Assembly: GCA_964057225.1 (NCBI GenBank) | Contig: OZ059897.1 | Span: 13,516,001-13,580,000 of the forward strand | DNA length: 64,000 nucleotides | Source of the DNA: Auanema rhodensis | Lineage: Eukaryota; Animalia; Nematoda | Reading direction: 5' to 3' | Shown: positions 53,882 through 64,000 of the stretch, piece by piece | Layout: the number at the start of each line of letters is the position of its first letter | Position numbering within the stretch: the stretch's first letter is position 1 | The notes under the pieces: generated by a model | Told to the model about the DNA's origin: nothing | The model's database searches: none | The model's input: the letters and a program-made list of their open reading frames with translations, nothing else | Made by a program: the position numbers and the translations under genes

Positions 53882-56800
53882 CGAGGAGCTGCAACAGCAT
53901 ACATTCTTTTTATTTAAAAAAATAGTTTAAATATACATATAGTATATTGAATCTAGAATTGAATTTCCTAAAACGACGACAAAAGCTATGTCTGTCAAAT
54001 AAATAGAAATTCTAGTAGTTAGTATGCATTTGAAAATTTTTTAAACAAATCTTCATGTTCGTATAATCATTTAACAAACATTACGTTAGAATGAAGGTAA
54101 AACATGAAATTCTTACGACAAAATGAATGTCTTTATCATTATACAGTAAATGGAATTGTATTTACATGCTTTGTAAGAGAGAAAGAGATTGGTAAACCAA
54201 ATTTGTAATGTTTTTCGACGTTTTCAGATGTTAGGTTGTATGAACATGCATTGAGAGATAGAAGAGAAAGTGAGGACTTGAGATTGATAGCGACAACGCA
54301 TTGAAAGAGAAAATAATAGAAAAAGAGAAAGAAATAAGGAGAAAGAGAGAGAGGGGGAGGGGGAGAAAAAAAGAGACAGAGAGAGAAAAAAAGAAAGAAA
54401 GAGAGAAAATTTTAATGAAAGAGGAATTGGTTTTGTATTGTTGTGATGCAAAATATTCGACGCACTGTTCCTCTAAATTTTCAGTAAACCATTAGCAGTC
54501 ATTTCAATTATCACAATCATATTAGAATATATATATATATATATATATATATAATACAGAAAACAATAATAATTTTAAATGATATGAAGAAAGAAATTAA
54601 ATATAATTATAATAATTGATTAATAAAATGATTTTATATAAGTTTATTGTCAGCTTAACTTACGTTACAACTTATGTAATATGTACATATCATTATAGAA
54701 ATTATCAATATATTATTTGAAATGAATGTCAAAGAAACTTAAAATTATTTCCCTTTTGTTTTTCTAAATAATTTTTTTGTAATGTATGTACATAGAAGAA
54801 ATAAAATATAATTTATATATTAATAACATAATATTAGTAAAATATTCCATTAAAATGAAATAATGAAAGAACATTCCTTGGATTTAGGAATGTTTTTACA
54901 CAAATTTATTGTTCATTTATTATGCTATTCAATATTATTACATATACATATTTCCTTTTTCACATACATATTTGAAATTTGTTTGAAAATATAGTTCAAT
55001 TTTCTATTTCTTTCGGTCTTCATCATCCTGCTTCTATGTTTTGCCACGCTATGATCCTTGATCTATTTAGCTAACAAAGAAATTAAAGAAATTAGATAGA
55101 ATTACTTATTTGTTGATTTTAAAGAAAACCAACAATTATCATTTGTTGGAAGAACTTTTTCAAATGAATATTTTTTGAATTTATTCTACAACAATCCTTG
55201 TTATAGATGTAATATTACTTTATAGAAAGTTTCCAAATCATTACATACTTTCTTCCCCTATTATTCAAAGTTGTGTTCTTCTTGTCTATAACAAATATTT
55301 TTCTTAGAATTAGCAACATTTTAGCAGAATCACCTTGAAGCGCAAATTACCCTTTGAATTTGGAAAGTTCATTTCAAAGCTATAAAAGGAGGACAAGAAG
55401 CGCATAGTCAAGGTCGCTCTCGTGAATAATATCAGGAAGGATTGTAACCAGTTTCCAGGTACTATGCATTTATTTCTTCTTTTTAACTATATAAATATAA
55501 ATATAAATATATATTATATAGAGATATATACATCTCTCTCTCTCTCTTTCTATGTATATACATATAATCCTTTTCAAAATTCTATTAATTAAATTATTTT
55601 CAATACAATTGAACTATATCATGGCGCATGTACATCCACTTTATATTCATGAGTAGGAATCTCTATCAACACTTACTTATTTCGATTTTGAATTAGTTAG
55701 TCAGCTGATTTAGCTGACTAAATACAATTTCTATAATATCAATACACATTCCCGTATACATATATGTACATATAGTCAATATGTGTAACTAACTATCCAT
55801 TTTCAATCAACATTTGCCCAAAAAAAATTCTCGCGTCAAATAATTAGCATATAAACGTGCGTGATGACATTTTTTGAAGAAGCTCCAACAATAAACGACA
55901 ACCATTTTATGTTAGTACAGTTAGTGAATGGTTGATTCTCTCTTTCTCTCTCTCTCTCTCTTTCCGTCTCCTCTCTTTTTCTCTCTCTCAATCTCTCTCT
56001 TTCTCTCTCTCACTCTTTTTACCTCTTGTTCTTCATTTTACCTTTAGTATTTCTTTGTCTCCACTTTCTCGGTTCTGCTTTTTTCCTCTAGCATTCTCCA
56101 AGAATAAATACTATTTAATTCTTTAATGATTCTTGTTTTCTATATAACATAGATGTTTCTACAGCTTTTCAACGTTTTTCTTTCTATTACTAACAACATC
56201 AGAAAATTCATTCAGCATGAAATGCTTTTGAATGAAGATTTAACTAAGCTCTTTCTATATATTTCCAATGACAGACCTTTAGTCTTCGGTATTGGTCTCA
56301 TTTTCTGCATTTTTTTAAAATAGCTAATTGAAAACTGCCAGCAATTTATTTGTCAACCAAATAATCAATTTCATAGTGCGGCATTTGTCTATGAATTCGT
56401 TAAATGAGAGATTTCAATAATATTCTATTAATATATATTTTTCAATAACTCTTCTCTTATTTTTATTTTATACGTATTTCTTTTTCTTTTCGCTTTTCCA
56501 GCATTTTTACGTGCTTTCCATCTATTTACTTAGGTTGCATATCTATTTCCGACTAGTTTTTACGTAAGCTCAATCGTTTCATTTCAATTTTCTGCTTTCG
56601 AATTCAATCAAAATCAAATACTTCTTTTTGATTTTCAAATTCCAATATTACATTTAAAAAAATTTTGTCTCATTGTTCAACATTTCATATCCATTTAATA
56701 CTATGATCTGTACATTCTTTAAATATATCATATAGTTAGTATAGATTATATAAAATAAAATTAGTATTTTGATTGAATTGGCATGACATATATACATATA

Positions 56801-59800
56801 TATATATATACGGATTTATATTTTATAAAATAATACAAAAAAAATATTTTAGATATGAAAATCAGAAAAAAAAATAGTTAGCTTAACTATTTATTTCCCA
56901 TTATGTTTTTATAAAACATTCATTACTAATTCTTTTATTCATTTTCGAATAATTGAAATAGTTGAAACTATAGGTTTCAAATAAAATAAGATTTGATAGC
57001 CATTTAACCTGTTCTAATTGGCATATGTCATCTTCATCATCATCTGTTTCTCATTTTCCTTTTACTTCAACTTACTTGCCATCCCTTTTCTTCTTTCTCC
57101 TTCCCTCTCTATTCGACCCTCCTCATCTACCTTACCCTCTTATAGAAATTGTGACTGATGTCTCTCTATCTATCGATGACTATTAATTTCGAGACAATTA
57201 ATTACCGAATCAGGTGTTTCTCATCAAGCTTTAATTACTTCGTGCCTCCTTCCAACCCTGTTCTTGTAGAAAAGCGTAGGTTTGCATCTGTTTCTCTTCA
57301 TTTCGTATTCCTCGTTTCGCCTTTCATGCCATTACATGAAGGCATTTACTCGCTACACGAAGACAAGCAACAACCACAAACAGACATCAACCGGTCTCTG
57401 TCAGACAACAAGCTTGCCTTCTCTTTTTCTCTTCCCCCTCTCAAGCTTATCTTTCACTCACATTTCTCTTTCTTCCTAAAATTTCGCTGCAATCATTCGT
57501 TTCAAAAAGACAACACAGTTTTGGTTTCAGCAATACCTTTCTGTCAAATTTTGGTATCATCATCTCTTCTGACCAAAATATTTGTTTTTTTTTTGAGAAT
57601 GAGCTTGTCTCCAAACGAGAAGCAAGCATATTAAACGATTCTCTTGTAATAACGATAGTGAACTCAAAGCTAAGTTAGTCATCACTTTCACATGTTCTGT
57701 GTTTTTCGTCAAAAATGTATTTTTCTAGTTTTTTTTTGTAACTATATATATAATAATAAAAATACATATAATTATAAATTATAATTATAATAAATAGCTT
57801 ATATGTCTGAATAGATTGAATATCGTTTATTCTCTTTTTTTTTTCAAATAGTAATAATGTAACTATACTATATATTTCGTTATATATTTATATATTTATA
57901 ATAAGCAAGTTTTATCAAATATAATATATGTATACAACAAGAGATGATGATGATGATACTTTTTCTCTTTTCATCTATTTCATTCATATGTATGTATCTC
58001 TGTCTCTTCATTCAATTCATAGCTTATCTATAATCAGATTTCAAATTTTATTTTTTTTTGCCATATATACAAATCATATTGAAGTTAAAACAAATAAAAT
58101 ATAATTGGTTTCTTTATCAATTTTTCTCATTTCCCTTTAATAACTTTTTGACTTTTCTTCTCTCTTTCTAAGCCCAACATAACTCATTTCTCTTTTAACA
58201 AATTATAATATTTTACATTTAACTATCTACATAGAAATAGTTAATTGTCAATTTTTTTTGTTATATAAACTAGTTTTCCTATTTTTTATTAATATTAGTT
58301 GGACTCAATTTGATAACTTGGTGGAAACTTGTCGGTTATCTTACGAAGGCTTTTCTTTCAAGTTGGTAAACAAAGTACTTAAGTTGAAGTATATATTTTA
58401 TTTTTAATACAATCAGTTAGATGAATAATTATTGTAAAATCTGAAGAAATTTTCTTTTTTTTCCATTTAATTTCCATAATTGTTTTGAGAAAACAAAAAA
58501 GTTTATGAAATTTTGAAGCACTGGTATGCAACCACACTAGCCACCCATATCATGTCAAGTTGAAAAGTTGATGGAAATACTATTTTTCACGTTACAGCAT
58601 TTCTATTGTATTTACTATTTGTTATTGAAAATAAAATTTAAAACATTTTTTTCATTGCAATTAACAGAATTATAATTCATAAAATTATTTTAAATGCAAA
58701 GAAAAACAATGTCTTCAGCATGTTTCTTAACATTTGAACATAATATATTTGTCGTTTTAATAAAGATTCTGTACATTTTTTACTTAAAAACCTGCTAAGT
58801 TTGAAGTAAAAATACTTTAGAATGAAGAAAATGTATAAATAAATTTTCTAATTGAACATTAATTTCTAGTTTAAATTAGAAAAATGTACAACTAGTAACT
58901 TCCTGATGCGGCCTCCCTATGATCAAACAAGCGCATTTATGATTATTATAAGGCTGCTCCTCTTCCAGAATTGTCGTCGCCTTCTCATATTTCAGTTTTT
59001 TTATTGGCAGATTTTAAATTAATATCTCTCTCTCTTTCTCTTTCTCTGTCTCTCTTAATCGTTCAGCAAAATTATCCGTTACCCCCTCCCCCCTCACATT
59101 ATTCAAATATACATGAATACATGCATACATACATATGTCATATAATTGTTGATTTTCCTGATTATCAAATGTTCTGTTAAATCCCTTTTTTCCGTCTCAT
59201 CCGTCTCTCCTACCTGTCAAGTTGGCTAAATGACAGAAAACTCTTGGATGACATATAAATCAATCTATATAATTCTCTATATTATATTTATTAAGATTTA
59301 TCTTAAACATGAAAATAAGAAAAACTTTCCATCAAATACTTTGGTTAAAAATAGTTTTATACATATGTTTGTGTTTATTTTTTTTTTTTTTATTTTTATG
59401 CCAACAACTATTTTTGTTATTTTATTTCCAAAAAAAAAGTTATTATTTACTAGAATTAGAAAGTTTATAATATATATTGGGAAACCAGATTGATAATATA
59501 CTATAATTGTCTCTTTTTTCTATTCGAACAATAAAAATAGTTTTCACTCATTCTCAACAATACTCAACAGATTTTGACTGTTTCATTCCATCATTTCTCA
59601 CACAAAATATAAAAATTTATTTTTTTAATTTATAATTAAGTCATTTTATCATATCTATTACAATAAGTTTTACTGTTTTAATCTCATGAATCTCATCGTT
59701 GTTGATTTGCTTGTTAGCACTTGCAAAACGAGGATCATTTCTAAAACTTGTCTATCAGAGTGGGTGGCTGGACAAGCCGTTGATGAAATATCTTTTCAAT

Positions 59801-62259
59801 TTTCAGATTTCTTTCCTCTTGTTTCCAATGATCTCCTGTCTACTTTTCTCTATCTTTCATTTTCTCTTCTTTTCTTTTTTCTTGTCTTTTCCACTTCTCC
59901 CACTCACTAACTCATTCACTTTTCTCTTGTTCTCTTATTAGCTGATTTCATCTTTCAGATGTTGCACTTAACACAGCCAAAAGCCACATTAATTTTCCAT
60001 TTTGAATCATATAAGATAAATATGTTTGTTTACTCGAGTAGTTCAAATTTTTCGTTTAAAAAGTAAAATTCATGCAATTTCAAATAGATTTCAGCAGTAA
60101 AGTATAAATCTTCTTTTATTAAATTAATAAAAAAAAATACTTGATATGTTTATCTGATGTTCAACAGTAAGCCCATGTTTGTTAATCTCAGTGTGTACAT
60201 CCTCTCACTGCCAAACTATGCTTGACTACATGCATATATCGAAAGCAACATTGTTGTTTCTGAATTTATTGAAAAGGGCAAATGAGATGAGAAAGACAAG
60301 ATTTATGTTTGTCATTATATTTGAATTACAGCTTGAGTTCACAGCATTTTAGATTGAGGGAAAAATTAAAAAATTGAGAGAAGAATCAGTGTCAGTGTTA
60401 TATGTTAAAGCACGCGACTTTATTGTATTCATGTTGACGTTTGATGTTGTCCTTCCAACCCTACACTACTCCACCCATTCCAACGATCACACTAGTCCAC
60501 ACGGACCATTGATCTTCGTGCATTTTAACAAACATTTTCATTTCTCTTTCTCTTTACGCACACCATGTCCCCTTTCTTTCTCTTTCTCTCCCTCTCTCTT
60601 TCACTCATTTTTTCTCTCTAATTTTGAATTTTCTTTAAAAATCAAATCTGTTTTTTCTGTCTCCAATATGTATTCAAATGGCTGTTATTTGGTTTACGTG
60701 ATTTCCACGTTTGATGTTTGAATCTTCATTTTTCAATAAGCAGACCCATATGCCTGGTTGTATCTACTGATCATGTAACTCATTTCATAGTAATCATACT
60801 TAATTTGGATAATCTCTTAAGTTATTTCAACTGCTTGTCTATAATCTCGTAAGAGTAATCTCTTCTTCACAATGATTTAAATCCTTGAGTATGTTAATTA
60901 CTTTTTTCTGAAGCTTTAAAAGACCAATATAATGCTGTATTAGTTGATTAAGCATGTTTTCATGAAACACATAACATGAAACACATAAGCTAGTAGAATA
61001 CAATACTCGTGTTGAAATCGTATTCCAAACTTTAATCTTTACAATACTTCTCATTATATTATTCCTTACGTAGAATATTACTCAACCATATCACCTTCTC
61101 ATACAGTTGAGTGAGTAATTCTGGTTTTGGACTCATTTACTAGTATCTTCGCATGTTTATTTCAATGTCTCTTTTGTTGTTTATTGTTGTTGTTGTTAAC
61201 GCGACGCAAGCATATTTGCGCTGCGGTCGACGCCGTAGGCCATCTGGCATGATGCCAATCGACAGCTAGCTGAAAGTAAAAAGAAAATGAGAAGAGTGAA
61301 AGAGAGACAGAGAGAAATGAATAGAGAGAAGGAGCGAAAGGAAAGGGAAAGAGCATGAGCATGAAGGAGATAAATAGAGTAGAATGAAAGAGGCAGCTGG
61401 AAGAGGAGAGAAAAGGGGAAAGAAGGCGGATTGCTAATTCGCCACAACACAACATACATACACATACAGATCGAAAAGAAAGCGAAGGGAGTGGCAGGAA
61501 GGAGACATAGACCCTCCTTCATTCTCACCCTCTCTCTTTTCCTTTTCCCTCTCTATTGCTCTCCCTCAACCCCCCATCTGTATCTTCATGGTCAACATCA
61601 ACCAGCCAGCAGGAGTAGGAGGGGGAGGAGTAGGAGAACGAGATGAAGAAGGAAGAGAAGCCTCAATGATGAGACTTGGCCTCTTCTCGAGAATGGCCAC
61701 ACATGCATCCGGCATGGCTTCCAAGTCAACTTATTTTCGTAATCCAGCTGGGCTACATCATGGCTTAAGCATCTTATCGTCTTCTCATCAACGCAGCAAG
61801 CTAAGGAAAAAGCCTTTCCTTTCATCATTTGCCTCATATGCTCTGATCCTCCATGTCTCTATATATCAATATCTTCAAACGTTATTATCAGCTCTTAGCC
61901 TAAGAATGACCATGTTCATGGAATATCGTTATTCCGTTCAAACTCTTTATCCCTTCATATCATTGTACCTATCGTGTTTTTCCTCATATTTTGCTCTTCG
62001 TTCGTTCTCTCTCTCTTTCTCTCTTTGTCCTTATCTCTGTTTCTTTCTCACTTTCTTTCTATTTTTCTCTCCCTTTTTTTCATTCTCTCTGATTCTTGAG
62101 TAAAGTAGCATTGGTGAACAATCAGTCTTCTTTATAGTTTACAATCATGAATCCATATGTTCTTTTGGTTTTTTCTTCTTTGTGTTTATAACATTCATAA
62201 GATCTTTTCATACTCTGTTAGCAGGAGTTGTTATGGGAAAAAAGCAAAAAAATTAAAAA

Positions 62260-62262
<3 letters not shown>

Positions 62263-62294
<32 letters not shown>
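62263..62294. repeat. (CT)n microsatellite
   Basis: Perfect CT run of about 16 units. Confidence 0.9.
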
Positions 62295-62298
<4 letters not shown>

Positions 62299-64000
62299 CT
62301 TCTCTCGTTATCTTTTACCTTCTCTCTTCCATTTTTCTCATCACTTGATCTTTTACTTGCCCATATTTCTTAAATTGTAACACGCGTTACTTCACTATGA
62401 ATTTCATTTCTGAAACTATTATTATGTTTATGAATAAACTAAGAAACATTAAAAGGAAATACGCTAGCTCAATATTTCACCTAAATATTCATATTACTTA
62501 TACTATATGTACGTATAATTATTTTGTCGAATATGGGAAAGAGGTGACACAACGACAGCTACCACGATACACCCAGTTCGCTGAGCCTCTGCTCCTTTCG
62601 TCTCATATAAACCTACTCCATCTCATTCTCTCTCTCTGCTGTCTCTTTCTATTCGTCTCTCTCATTCTCAGTCTTTCCTCTCTATTTCTTCTTCCTCTCT
62701 CATTCTCCCTCTCTCTTCGCTTAGCACTCCGAAACCCTAACATACTCACCACGCTTTACGCCGTCGTCTACGCGACAATTGCACGAAAAACGAGCCGACG
62801 AGACCGGTTGGTCTTCGTAATTTTTTTCTCCAAATTCGCCACTCTGTTTGGGTGCGAATTTCGAGAGCCCTTTTTGGGATTTTCTCATCAGCCCTTTTAC
62901 TCCTCTCCATACAACATAGACAATCATATCTGCCAGTCATTCTTAAAGCTTTTGTCAACTGTTGGTCAGCCATTTTCCCCGAGAATTTATAAGCTATTCA
63001 ACAGCATTGTGTTTCTTCTCTATCTGTTGATTTTCTTAAATTATGAGAAGAAGAAAAAAAGAAAATACATTTAACCATTGTTGCTACTACCAAATTCATG
63101 CTTTAAACTTCTACGTTACGTATTGAAAGTAGGACTCGTTAGCCTTGTAGTGTGAAATTGAATTGTCTTCTAATTTCGATTACTCTTTGAATTTTCTTTT
63201 AGCAACTTGAAACGTTTTTCTATAATATACTAACGTTGAGAGAGCTATGTGTGGTCTTCTTTTCTCTTCTTTTGAACATCTTATTTCATTTTCCTTTTGA
63301 GTTTCATCTTTCAGATTTTTTCTAATCGTAACTTGGAGTAATCTGAAGATTTGGAGTTTTGTTTTGTTTTTATTTATTAATCTTTGATTAAGAATGGCTT
63401 TTTTGTAAATAGAGCTGCATTACCTTTTTTCATAATTAATTTTCGATTTTTCTCAAAGTATTAGTCAAAACTTTAATTTTGATTCTCAAATCCGCTTTTT
63501 TAATTCGTTATCCTATCTCCTTCTCACATTTTCATCAAAGACAAAAGCCAATTTCATTCAGGACTGATTACTCATGTTTCCAAGAAACTGCGAAGCATTT
63601 TTGATGTTTTTTTCTTACGCAGATTCCGACCACCTGTGCCACTTCGTTTGCTTGTTGATGTATTTTGTTCTCTTTTTCTCGTTTTCTAGTTTTGCTTCTA
63701 GTATACCATTCTGTCTATTTATCTTAGATTTTGGTTCTTAAAAAATTTAAATTAATATTCATTTTTGAAATATTTTTAATTTTTGGAGTATCCTAATCTA
63801 GGATATCAAGTAAATTTTTTCTTTACTTTCATCTCGAAGAAAAAAGAAAATTAATTAGTTAAATGAAAATGAAATTACTTGTAACACGGAAGAAAATAAC
63901 TGAAATGTTCAAGTACGTGTGCTTAATCATGCACGTCGATGAGTTGCTGTTCATTAACTTTTACAACTTTCTAAACAGCTTTATACCACCGTTAAAGCTT

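Noticed and set aside
57158-57634. 158-aa + strand ORF
   Set aside because: Composition follows CT-rich repeats; no domain and no good splice context.
62397-63074. 225-aa + strand ORF with apparent TM segments
   Set aside because: Hydrophobicity comes from (CT)n tracts; an unspliced gene would be atypical here and no motif is recognisable.

Overview
AT-rich, intron-dense genomic DNA from a rhabditid (Caenorhabditis-like) nematode. Introns are mostly 40-70 nt with TTTTCAG/TTTTAG acceptors, and trans-splice-type acceptors sit just before several ATGs. Left part (0.5-18.5 kb): a minus-strand run PTPMT1 -> Rabin8/rabn-8 -> kat-1 thiolase -> second thiolase that looks at least partly operonic, divergent from nsun-4. 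Middle: a Srsx-type GPCR, a K-Cl cotransporter (probably kcc-3), two small secreted-peptide genes absent from the ORF track, and an orphan type I membrane protein. Right: an FHAD1-like FHA gene with an X-box, a convergent secreted protein with two Cys-rich repeats, and about 10.7 kb of non-coding DNA rich in CT/GA repeats. Best leads: a microexon-built N-terminal extension of Rabin8 across ~8 kb of intron, a probable neuropeptide precursor, GC-AG introns, and a speculative SNRNP25-like gene. Gene models were spliced by hand and homologies come from memory of the families, not from searches.
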